Below are positions 28,732 through 37,525 of a stretch of 64,000 bases of DNA, one piece after another. Source of the DNA: Candidatus Sysuiplasma superficiale (GTDB taxonomy: Archaea > Thermoplasmatota > Thermoplasmata > Sysuiplasmatales > Sysuiplasmataceae); the NCBI GenBank assembly GCA_019720975.1, contig JAGVSJ010000001.1, positions 34,400 to 98,399 on the forward strand, given 5' to 3'. Every line of letters begins with the position of its first letter. The stretch's first letter is position 1. The notes under the pieces are model-generated. The model saw only the letters and a list, made by a program, of their open reading frames with translations. It was not told where the DNA came from and did no database searches. The position numbers and the translations under genes were made by a program.

Positions 28732-29853
28732 ATGGAGGAGCTTGGCGTCATCAGGCTCGGGGCAGTGGACGGCTACACGATGACCAATGCATTCGCCGTG
28801 TTGGCCGGTTCAGTAAGTGAGGGGGAGAGGGGTGACACACTTGTTGTCTGTCATTCCGAGAAACCTTTCGCCAATGTTGGCTTCCACCAGGAGGCTCTGG
28901 AGGAGATTGATATAGACTACTGCACAAGGAATTCCATTCCAGTTGTCAGGAGACTGATAGGCGGAGGAGCGATTGCTGACGGGCCCTGGGAGGAGGATTA
29001 TTTCTTCATAACATCCCTGGATTCACCGGTGACCTCCGGCACAATCGGTGACTATTACGGCAGGATGCTCGAACCCGTGGCTGCAGTGCTCGGCAGATTT
29101 GGCGTGTATGCCTCCAGGCAGGGATTGAATGACCTTGCAGTGAATGGGAGAAAGATAAGCGCCAACGGGGCCGTTGACATTGAAGGCGCAAGGGTTCTCA
29201 CGGGGGACATACTGCTTGACCTCGACATCAACATCATGGCGGGCATACTGAAGGTGCCGGATGCCAAATTCAGGGACAAGATGGCTGCATCCATGAGCGA
29301 GCACCTGACGTCAATGCGCATCGAACTGGGGAGGGAGATAAAGAGGGAGGATGTCGCAGAATCATTGATCGAGGCTTTCGGAAGGGGATACAGCAGAGTT
29401 CAGGAAACATCACTTTCAGACTACGAAAAGAAGAGACTGAAAGGTCTTATAGACGAACACAGCAAACCGGAATGGGTTTTTTCAAGGGACAGCGTACGCA
29501 GCGAACTGATGTCGGACAGGCGCGTCGTAAAGATCAAGGAGGATACGTTCCTCTGCCAGGCTGATTACAAGGCACAGAAGCTCATCAGGGTGACAATGCT
29601 TGCGGAGGACGGGAGGATTGCGAACATCATCATATCAGGTGACTTCTTCACTGTGCCGGTGAGCTGGTCCGTTGGAAGGATTGAGAATGCACTTGCGGGG
29701 ACGGAGCTGACACAGAGTGCAATCATCGCGAAGATCACGAAGGTTCTGTCAGAGGAGCATGTAACTGTTCTGGGCGCATCGCCTGAGGACTTCACACGCG
29801 CAATACTCGAGGCGGCAAAACATCCTGCCATCAGGAGGGGCGGGGGCACTTGA
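28732..29853 (+). CDS. Lipoate:protein ligase (LplA-like with C-terminal accessory domain)
   Basis: NVGFHQ...EID, VVRRLIGGGA, NDL.VNGRKISANGA, C-terminal ISGDFF domain. Confidence 0.9.
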   Translation: MEELGVIRLGAVDGYTMTNAFAVLAGSVSEGERGDTLVVCHSEKPFANVGFHQEALEEIDIDYCTRNSIPVVRRLIGGGAIADGPWEEDYFFITSLDSPVTSGTIGDYYGRMLEPVAAVLGRFGVYASRQGLNDLAVNGRKISANGAVDIEGARVLTGDILLDLDINIMAGILKVPDAKFRDKMAASMSEHLTSMRIELGREIKREDVAESLIEAFGRGYSRVQETSLSDYEKKRLKGLIDEHSKPEWVFSRDSVRSELMSDRRVVKIKEDTFLCQADYKAQKLIRVTMLAEDGRIANIIISGDFFTVPVSWSVGRIENALAGTELTQSAIIAKITKVLSEEHVTVLGASPEDFTRAILEAAKHPAIRRGGGT

Positions 29854-30944
29854 CTGATTCAGACCCTGCTGAAGCAATATCGCGTGTTCCGCATCCGGAG
29901 GAGAATGCGACTCTCGCCAGCATGGGATGGATCTGGAATGTTGATGTGAAAGAGCGGAAGGTGAAGGTCACTGTTTCTGTGCCGGGTAAATACCCCTTCA
30001 CGTCTGTGATTGAAAACGACATAACGGCAGTACTTGAGGAGAAAGGTTACAGCGCAGAGGTGGAGTTCGCACAGGCGGCTGAGAAGGAAGAGCCGGGAAA
30101 GGTGAAGAGGAAGGTGGAGCTGCCTGTCGTCGGACAGGGCGGGGGAACTCACACCGGCATTGATGCGCTCCCGAGGCAGGGCATACGGAACATAATAGCT
30201 GTAGCATCCGGCAAGGGCGGTGTCGGAAAGAGCTTCATGACGGCTGTTCTGGGTACGCATCTCTCAATGCTCGGCTACAGGACAGCGATAATAGATGCCG
30301 ACATAACGGGACCCTGCATCTCAAGGATGTTCGGTCTCTCTGCGCTTCCAGGCATGGGGGAGGACGGGAAGATTGAACCACTCGTCTCACAGGGCGGGCT
30401 GCGCATCATGTCCATAGACGTTATAATGGACAGGTTCAGAACGCCGCTGATATGGAGAGGGCCGCTCATAAACAGCGCGATCAGAGGGCTGTTCTCTGAG
30501 ACAAGGTGGGGGGACATACATTATCTGCTGGTTGACCTTCCGCCGGGAACTTCGGATGCACCGCTCACTGTGTTCCAGTCAATGAAGCCGGACGGAGTGG
30601 TCTTCGTCACAAGTCCCATGGAGATAGCGAGATCTGTTGTTTCAAGGGCTGTGTCGATGGCGAAGGAGATGCATGTGCCTGTGATTGGTTTCGTGGAGAA
30701 CATGTCACATCTCGTGCTTCCGGGCAACAAGACAATCAATATCTTCGGCAGGGAGAGCAGCGAAAGGGCCGCTGCTGAGTTCGGGATACCCTTCCTCGGT
30801 TCCATTCCAATAGACACAGCGGTGAGTGCGCTCTCGGACCGGGGAGAGATCGAACTGTACAGGAACAGCGAACTGTTCACCATAATAAGAAGGATGAGGT
30901 TCAGACTCGCAGAACTTCATTCTGCGCGCAAGGAGAGTGTGTGA
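29850..30944 (+). CDS. Mrp/ApbC/NBP35 Fe-S cluster carrier ATPase with N-terminal DUF59-like domain
   Basis: AVASGKGGVGKS, DADITGP, WRGP, DLPPGTSD, GFVENMS. Confidence 0.9.
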   Translation: MTDSDPAEAISRVPHPEENATLASMGWIWNVDVKERKVKVTVSVPGKYPFTSVIENDITAVLEEKGYSAEVEFAQAAEKEEPGKVKRKVELPVVGQGGGTHTGIDALPRQGIRNIIAVASGKGGVGKSFMTAVLGTHLSMLGYRTAIIDADITGPCISRMFGLSALPGMGEDGKIEPLVSQGGLRIMSIDVIMDRFRTPLIWRGPLINSAIRGLFSETRWGDIHYLLVDLPPGTSDAPLTVFQSMKPDGVVFVTSPMEIARSVVSRAVSMAKEMHVPVIGFVENMSHLVLPGNKTINIFGRESSERAAAEFGIPFLGSIPIDTAVSALSDRGEIELYRNSELFTIIRRMRFRLAELHSARKESV

Positions 30945-31139
30945 TTGAGGGTCAGGGTAATCTCAAGGATCGGCGATCCGTTCCTTTCTCCGCATGCGCC
31001 CTCTGCGGACATTGGCAGGGAGCATATGGAGGTGCTCAACAGTCTCTTCTTTGACGGTAGCGTGGACATCGGCGGCGTGGTCGAGATTGACGGCACGAGA
31101 TATGTGTGCACTGCCTCCGGCTGGGTAAGGGAGGTGTAA
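30945..31139 (+). CDS. Small hypothetical protein (64 aa)
   Basis: Fills the gap exactly between mrp and the dsrE-like gene; ends with a GGAGGTG RBS for the next gene. Confidence 0.6.
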   Translation: MRVRVISRIGDPFLSPHAPSADIGREHMEVLNSLFFDGSVDIGGVVEIDGTRYVCTASGWVREV

Positions 31140-31142
31140 CCG

Positions 31143-31487
31143 GTGCGTATCCTGTGTCTCCTCTTCACCTCGCCGGTGCAGCACAGGGGACCGGAGCACA
31201 TGCTCAAGCTTGTGGAGGAGATGACAGGAAAGGGGAACAGAGTAGAGTTGTTTTTGCTCGGGGACGGGGTATACAATTCATCAGCCGCCCTTGCAACAAA
31301 GAAAGGTGCCCCGGTGGTTCTGGCTCTGTCGCAGATGCGGGGAATAAGGATAACCGATTGCTCAACATGCGCTGGAATGCGCGGTGTCGATGAGCTGATT
31401 GGCAATGCACGCCTCGGAACGCTCGAGGATCTGACTGAGGAAATGGAGAGAGCCGATGTTATTCTCAGTTATACCGGTGAGGAATGA
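31143..31487 (+). CDS. DsrE/TusD-like sulfur relay subunit
   Basis: LFLLGDGVY, DCSTCAGMRG, GTLEDL....ADVILSY. Confidence 0.8.
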   Translation: MRILCLLFTSPVQHRGPEHMLKLVEEMTGKGNRVELFLLGDGVYNSSAALATKKGAPVVLALSQMRGIRITDCSTCAGMRGVDELIGNARLGTLEDLTEEMERADVILSYTGEE

Positions 31488-31828
31488 TGAATGCCACTGT
31501 TGTTCTGACCAAACCTCCTCTTTCCACATCCCATTTCACCGAAGCACTGCGGGTCTCCCTCATGCTTTCCGCGCTCGGCCATCGGGTGAACCTTGTATTG
31601 ATTGATGAAGGTGTCCTTATACTGCTGGAAAAATCGGGAAGCAGTTTCGGCAACGAAACACTGCGGAATGCGGAGGGTGTTGAGGGTCTCGAAATACTGA
31701 TACACAGAGGGTCTCTTGAACGTCTTCTCCATGGACAGGACAGAGACTGCGGCAGGAAGGGCTACAGGATAGTGGATTCGGCAGAACTCGCCCGTATATT
31801 GCTCTCAACAAAGACGCTGGTGTTCTGA
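31484..31828 (+). CDS. DsrF/TusC-like subunit
   Basis: LTKPP.....EALR, LVLIDEGV, SLERL; follows the DsrE-like gene. Confidence 0.7.
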   Translation: MMNATVVLTKPPLSTSHFTEALRVSLMLSALGHRVNLVLIDEGVLILLEKSGSSFGNETLRNAEGVEGLEILIHRGSLERLLHGQDRDCGRKGYRIVDSAELARILLSTKTLVF

Positions 31829-32112
31829 TGGCTGCGGTAATATACCTGAGGAGAAGGCTCAACCCGGAATCGCAGTGGATGGATGTCATAGCCGAGATAT
31901 GTTCCATCACTGGCACAACGATAATACTTGAGGGTGCCTCACTCTTTTCACTCGACAGCATCAGAAGCGCTCTGGAAAGAAGAGGTGCCACGGCGCGCAT
32001 CTGTGCCGTTGATGGCGGATACCGGGCCATCGCTGATAAACAGGCTGATATTGTTGCGTACCAGGACATCGCCTCACTCATCGAGATGGCTGATAGTGTC
32101 ATCTCCTTCTGA
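31828..32112 (+). CDS. DsrH/TusB-like subunit
   Basis: 94 aa; C-terminal VAYQDIASLIEMADSVISF resembles DsrH; third gene of the trio. Confidence 0.55.
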   Translation: MAAVIYLRRRLNPESQWMDVIAEICSITGTTIILEGASLFSLDSIRSALERRGATARICAVDGGYRAIADKQADIVAYQDIASLIEMADSVISF

Positions 32113-32179
32113 TGATCTTTCGGCCGTATAATGAGCCGGTGGAGTCCTCCCTGAAAACACATCTAATATATGCTGCCGC

Positions 32180-34843
32180 ATGCGGAAGCGGGAGATGAGC
32201 AAAGTACAGGGACATACAGGGTTCGGGGAACTAAGATCGGACGTGAGGCTGTTGTCGTCGATCCTGGGCCGAACCATTGAGGAGGTGGAAGGAAGAGAGG
32301 CTTTCGAGCTCGTCGAAAGATGCAGAAAATCAGCAGTGCGGTCGAGGAAAGGTGATCGCAGCGCCTCAAGGGAGCTTGAAAATATAATGCGCGGTCTTCG
32401 CCCCGAACAGCTCAGGCTTGTGGCAAGGGCATTCACCGCGTACTTTGAGATAGTGAATGTTGCAGAGGATGTGTCGAGGATCAGAGCACTTGAGAGAGGG
32501 AGGAAGGAGGGGAGCCTTGACAGCACAGTATCCGGAATGGTGAAATCGATGTCTGAAATCGGAATGAGCGCTGGCGATGTGCTGCGCTTCTTCTCATCCC
32601 TGGATCTCTGTTTTGTCTTCACCCCCCATCCGACAGAGGCAAGGCGGAAGACCCAGATAGAGAAGATGAGAAGACTGGAAGAGGCGCTCCTCGACATGCA
32701 TTCCGGCTCCGGGGAAGACTGCAGGGAGAGGATTGAGGAGGAGATAGCCGAACTCTGGGGAAGCGATGAACTCAGACACAGGAAGGCTGTCATGGATGAT
32801 GAGCTCAAGGCAGCGCTCTACTTCTTCGACATAAACGTCATCGAAGCCATACCTGTGTTCTACAGAAGGATCAGAAGGGCAATAGGAGAGCATTTCCCGG
32901 CATTTGAGGGCAGAGTACCCACGTTCATAAGGTACGGGTCATGGATAGGATCGGATGCCGACGGAAACCCGTCTGTCGATGCTTTGACACTGCATTCAGC
33001 TCTCAGGACGCAGCGCAAAATACTTTTCAGGAAGTACACAGAGATGCTCAATTCACTGATATCGCACCTCTCCATTTCAACACGATATGCCCGCATAAAT
33101 GAGGAAATGGAGCAACTCTTCCAGTCATTCAGGAGACAATTTCCGGAAGTGTGGAATGAGATTTCTGCAATAAATGAGAACGAGCCTTACAGAGCAATGT
33201 GCAGCTTCCTGATTGCCCGCCTTGCTGAAACAGAGAGGAATGGTGAGAGGCGCTTCAGGGATGGAGATGAGTTTCTCTCCTGCCTCAGGGTCATGCAGAG
33301 AAGCCTGTATGAGAGCGGATGGAAGCATGCGGCCGGCGGAAAACTTGAGGATCTGATACGTGCAGCGGAGACGTTTTCACTGCATATGGCATCGATGGAT
33401 ATCCGCGTCCATTCGCTGGAGCAGGCCGTGACAGTAAGCAAGCTTGTCCGGAACATCACAGGTGAGGATTACGATGCGATGGATGATGTAAGAAAGATTG
33501 GAGTGCTCAAGGAACTCATCCGGACAGGCGGATGCAGCGCCGCCATTGAGACTGAGGGTGACAGACTGATCGGAATGCTTGAGGCGGCTGGTAAGGCGCT
33601 TTCCGAGTTCGGAAAGGGATGCATCGGCTCTTACATAATAAGCGACACACATTCAGAGGTTCAGGTATTTGAAGCGGTGTTCCTTGAGAAGGTGTGCGGC
33701 CTCTGGAGCGATGGGAACGGCATTCCCGTTGTGCCGCTGTTTGAGAGGTATTCTGATCTCAGACAAAGCGCCAAGATAATCGATGTGCTTTTCAGGGACA
33801 TTCTCTACAGTGATTTCCTCCGTGCCACAGGCGGAATACAGGAAGTGATGATAGGTTATTCCGACAGCAACAAGGATGCCGGCTATGTGACCTCAAGATG
33901 GCTGATATACAGGGCGCAGAGAGACATAATGGACAGGGCGGCAAAGGCTGGAGTACAGATCCGCTTTTTCCATGGCAGAGGGGGTTCAATAAGCAGGGGA
34001 GGTGGCCCCACATACCTCGCACTTGTATCCCAGCCGGCTGAAACCGCCATGTGCGGACTGAAATTCACCGAACAGGGCGAAGTGGTGTGGAGCAGATACC
34101 ACGACAGCGAAATCACCATGAGGGAATATGAGCAGACGCTGAGCGCAATATTCGCCCTGAGGACGGGAAGGAAAAGTGTAGAAAGAAGGTGGGTTGATGA
34201 GATGGAGAAAGTTTCAGAAAGATCATACACCGCCTACCGGAAACTCATGGAGTGCAGACTTCTGCCTGTCTATTTCGGGGAAACAACACCTCTCCGTTAC
34301 ATACACTCGCTGAATATGGGCACCAGACCTGCCGCCAGAGGGGAAGGCGGCATACGCGACCTCAGGGCCATACCGTGGGTCTTCTCATGGACGCAGAACA
34401 GGCACCTGATATCAGGATGGTACGGTGCCGGTTACGGCTTCTCCTCCGTCCCGACATACAGGCTATCGGAGATGAGCAGGCGCTGGGACTTCTTCAGATC
34501 GCTCATAGACATGCTATGCATGACGCTTGCAAAGGCAGACATGGAGGTCGCATCACTATACTCCGCACTTTCACCATCATCCCGCTCTGTTTTCAATGAG
34601 ATAAGGAAGGAATACAGGAGGACCGTGAGAACAGTCAGCCGGATTACGGGAAGCGGTGTGCTCCTTGCAGGAAACAGAACACTCAGGGAAAGCATAGCAC
34701 TCAGGAATCCGTATGTGGATGTGCTGAACAGGGTGCAGGTAGAACTGGAGCGCAGGTTGAGATCGGAGAGAGATGCGGAACTGGAAAGAATAATGCTGCT
34801 GACAATCAAGGGGATAGCCTACGGAATGAGGAACACCGGCTGA
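32180..34843 (+). CDS. ppc: Phosphoenolpyruvate carboxylase, bacterial/plant type
   Basis: FTPHPTEA, VPLFE, QEVMIGYSDSNKDAG, FHGRGGSISRGGGP, TEQGE, LRAIPWVFSWTQNR, C-terminal MRNTG; 887 aa. Confidence 0.96.
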   Translation: MRKREMSKVQGHTGFGELRSDVRLLSSILGRTIEEVEGREAFELVERCRKSAVRSRKGDRSASRELENIMRGLRPEQLRLVARAFTAYFEIVNVAEDVSRIRALERGRKEGSLDSTVSGMVKSMSEIGMSAGDVLRFFSSLDLCFVFTPHPTEARRKTQIEKMRRLEEALLDMHSGSGEDCRERIEEEIAELWGSDELRHRKAVMDDELKAALYFFDINVIEAIPVFYRRIRRAIGEHFPAFEGRVPTFIRYGSWIGSDADGNPSVDALTLHSALRTQRKILFRKYTEMLNSLISHLSISTRYARINEEMEQLFQSFRRQFPEVWNEISAINENEPYRAMCSFLIARLAETERNGERRFRDGDEFLSCLRVMQRSLYESGWKHAAGGKLEDLIRAAETFSLHMASMDIRVHSLEQAVTVSKLVRNITGEDYDAMDDVRKIGVLKELIRTGGCSAAIETEGDRLIGMLEAAGKALSEFGKGCIGSYIISDTHSEVQVFEAVFLEKVCGLWSDGNGIPVVPLFERYSDLRQSAKIIDVLFRDILYSDFLRATGGIQEVMIGYSDSNKDAGYVTSRWLIYRAQRDIMDRAAKAGVQIRFFHGRGGSISRGGGPTYLALVSQPAETAMCGLKFTEQGEVVWSRYHDSEITMREYEQTLSAIFALRTGRKSVERRWVDEMEKVSERSYTAYRKLMECRLLPVYFGETTPLRYIHSLNMGTRPAARGEGGIRDLRAIPWVFSWTQNRHLISGWYGAGYGFSSVPTYRLSEMSRRWDFFRSLIDMLCMTLAKADMEVASLYSALSPSSRSVFNEIRKEYRRTVRTVSRITGSGVLLAGNRTLRESIALRNPYVDVLNRVQVELERRLRSERDAELERIMLLTIKGIAYGMRNTG

Positions 34844-34851
34844 CTTCCCTT

Positions 34852-35565
34852 TCAGCCTATTATCCTGCTGAATGGATTCGACTGGAATTCAACGTATTCT
34901 TCGCTTCGCCTGTGCAGTATTTTGAATGAGAATGAATGTTCACTGACATTGAGTTCGGCAGTCTCGACACCGGCACTCTTCAGCTTTGATATGAGGTAGG
35001 AGGCATATTCGCCGCACCTCATTTTCCTCTCCTCAAGCCTCTTCAGAACTTTCTCTGAAGGATAGTAGTGCTTGAATTTGCCGTTTTGAACCTCTATTAC
35101 TGCACCAATATGTGTCAGCTTTCTGAGGAAATAACCCGTGGTATTCTGAGTCAGATCGAGGGAGCTCTTTATCTCCTTCTGTGTCATTCCGGGCTTTTCG
35201 AAAACCTTCCTGAATATCATGTTGGAGTTATCGTCATTCAGGACTGTAAGGAGCAGTGTCTCCGACGGCTCAAGATAGTTGCATGGATAGAAAACGGATT
35301 TGTTGTCCACCCTGTCTTCGGTTATGAACTCAGCCCTCTTCAGGGCACTCAGATGCCACTTCACCGTGTTGGGCGTGAGACCGACAACCCGGGAGATCTT
35401 CGACACGCTTGAGGCGGGATAGAGGTAAAGTGCCTGCAGTATCCTCTTTCTGTTGCCTGTAAGCAGTCTGCCTCCGCCTGCACCGGGTGCCCTGGATTCG
35501 CGGATAGGCGCTCTAATCTCTGTCATATCATCGCTCTTGGCGTTATGAAACCGGTGTTCAGACAA
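34852..35565 (-). CDS. Tandem winged-HTH (ArsR/MarR-like) transcription regulator
   Basis: RKRILQAL...P....I...GL..NTVKWHL..L and a second PGMTQKEI......NTT.Y.L HTH. Confidence 0.8.
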   Translation of the reverse strand: MSEHRFHNAKSDDMTEIRAPIRESRAPGAGGGRLLTGNRKRILQALYLYPASSVSKISRVVGLTPNTVKWHLSALKRAEFITEDRVDNKSVFYPCNYLEPSETLLLTVLNDDNSNMIFRKVFEKPGMTQKEIKSSLDLTQNTTGYFLRKLTHIGAVIEVQNGKFKHYYPSEKVLKRLEERKMRCGEYASYLISKLKSAGVETAELNVSEHSFSFKILHRRSEEYVEFQSNPFSRIIG

Positions 35566-35708
35566 TCTTACCGCGATTCAACCTACCGGACAGTTTATAT
35601 TACTTATCTGATGGATTTCACCAATGAGAATCCAGAGGACGGCCGTCCAGATCCTGCCCTGCAGTTCCTGGAATAGATTTAATTGGTAAATGCGGCATAT
35701 TTGCTTTC

Positions 35709-37070
35709 ATGTGCCGGCGGAAAAGTCGCATACTGATAGCCATGGCTCTTGCTCTTGCCTTCGCATTCTGCGTTTTCGAAACAGGATATGCGGGCCTTGG
35801 CAGTGCCTCGGCGCTGACGTCCAATTCCCCCGGACTTGTCGTCGTCAATTTTGACATTGGAGTTGATCAGGGTTCGGCAAACTACGTTCAGAGCGCGTCG
35901 TCATACGCCATATCGTCGCACGACAATATCGTTATTGTCATGAACACTCCCGGTGGTCTCCTGGATGATATGCTCACCATCGTTTCCGCGATACAGGACG
36001 TTCAATCTCATGGTCTCAGAGTCTATACCTACGTCCCTCCTGACGGCGCTGCCGCGTCAGCGGGAAGTTACATAGCGCTTGCAACGAACGCCATCTACAT
36101 GGGAAACGGTTCTGTGATAGGCCCCTCAACACCCTATATCATAGGCGGAACATCCCTCGAGGAACAGCATGTGAAGAACTTTTCAGTGGCCTACATAGGG
36201 GCACTCGCGTCCAGGAACGGCTACAATGTGTCTGCTGCTGAAAACATGGCGGAGAACAACGTGGCGTACAATGCCAGCAATGCCGCGGCAATAGGCCTGA
36301 TAACTGGAAAAGCGCAGACATTTGACCAGTTTCTGTTCCTGGCAGGGCTCCAGGGAAGCACCGTCATAAACCTTTCCGAACCGCTCTACGACACATTCCT
36401 CAGCACTGTGAGCAACGCAACTCTCGACGGTCTATTTTTCATCGTCGGTGCCGTTGCAATATTCATAGATCTTTTCCACAGGACACTTTTCCTGACCTTC
36501 TTCGGTGCAATAATGATAGCACTTGGCCTGCTGGGTGCGGAGGTGATAGGTGCCCCTGTCGTCGCTGTTCTGGTGCTGGCGGCTGCGGCCGTGCTCATAT
36601 TCATTGAGGTGAAAGCAGGGCATGGACTCTTTGCAATATCAGGCATACTCCTGGGTCTTCTCGGAACATGGCTGCTTGCAGGCAACAGCATCGGTTATTC
36701 GAAACACCTTCCGGCAGGCTATTCGCCCTCGCCATTTGGTCTCCTCGAGTACCTGCTGATGGGGCTGGTGGCCGGACTGCTGATAATCGGTGCTGTCTAC
36801 ATAGCCAAGATCAGAAGGGTGATGATGGACAGCCCGAGGCTCGTAGGCGTGCACCGGGTCATCGGCGCCACAGGATGGTCCACCACCGAACTCATGCCCG
36901 GTTCTGATGGCGTCTGCAACGTACTCTCTGAAGACTGGACATGTTTTTCTGACAGACCGATACCGAAGAACACAAGGATAAGGGTCATAGAGTACAGGGA
37001 CGGGAAGATAAGGGTTGAGCCTGCTGATGGTTCCGAGCAGAAGACTGCGGGAAAAGCGGAAAAGAGCTGA
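35709..37070 (+). CDS. nfeD: Long-form NfeD (ClpP-like serine protease domain, TM region, OB fold)
   Basis: Signal peptide, MNTPGG, AASAGSYIALA, IGPSTP, TM block, C-terminal EDW..S..PI OB domain. Confidence 0.88.
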   Translation: MCRRKSRILIAMALALAFAFCVFETGYAGLGSASALTSNSPGLVVVNFDIGVDQGSANYVQSASSYAISSHDNIVIVMNTPGGLLDDMLTIVSAIQDVQSHGLRVYTYVPPDGAAASAGSYIALATNAIYMGNGSVIGPSTPYIIGGTSLEEQHVKNFSVAYIGALASRNGYNVSAAENMAENNVAYNASNAAAIGLITGKAQTFDQFLFLAGLQGSTVINLSEPLYDTFLSTVSNATLDGLFFIVGAVAIFIDLFHRTLFLTFFGAIMIALGLLGAEVIGAPVVAVLVLAAAAVLIFIEVKAGHGLFAISGILLGLLGTWLLAGNSIGYSKHLPAGYSPSPFGLLEYLLMGLVAGLLIIGAVYIAKIRRVMMDSPRLVGVHRVIGATGWSTTELMPGSDGVCNVLSEDWTCFSDRPIPKNTRIRVIEYRDGKIRVEPADGSEQKTAGKAEKS

Positions 37071-37093
37071 CAGAATTCATCCGGTGATGGCGG

Positions 37094-37525
37094 TTATCTC
37101 TTCTTCGCCACCCTGAGGGTGACCTTGTCCGGTTCCACTGAAATAACTGTTATTTCGTCGCCCTCCTTTATCTGCTCATCGGAGACAGCCGTCCAGAATT
37201 CGTTGTCCACGTCTACCACCCCTTTCACGCCTGCACCGAAGGAATTTCTGGCCTTTCCGGTCTTTCCTGTCTTTGTGTCCCTGTTGTAATATTTTTTTGT
37301 TATCTTCCTTGTACCTGTGGTTTTGAAACCGTACGCAAGCCCTATGCCCAGAATAAGCAGTATAACGCCTGTGAATATTGACCCCACATTCCCCTGGAAT
37401 GAGCCGGTGATGGTGAAGTAGATGCCAGCGATGATTATCGCCATCACAATAAGGAAGGGTCTTATGCCGAAGAGGAAGAGCCTGTCGATTACCGTGTCCT
37501 TCCTGCCGGAACTGCCATCACTCAA
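37094..37525 (-). CDS. Short NfeD-like protein (TM plus C-terminal OB fold)
   Basis: GVVDVDNEFWTAVSDEQIKEGDEITVI; downstream of stomatin; probable TTG start at 37525. Confidence 0.8.
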   Translation of the reverse strand: MSDGSSGRKDTVIDRLFLFGIRPFLIVMAIIIAGIYFTITGSFQGNVGSIFTGVILLILGIGLAYGFKTTGTRKITKKYYNRDTKTGKTGKARNSFGAGVKGVVDVDNEFWTAVSDEQIKEGDEITVISVEPDKVTLRVAKKR

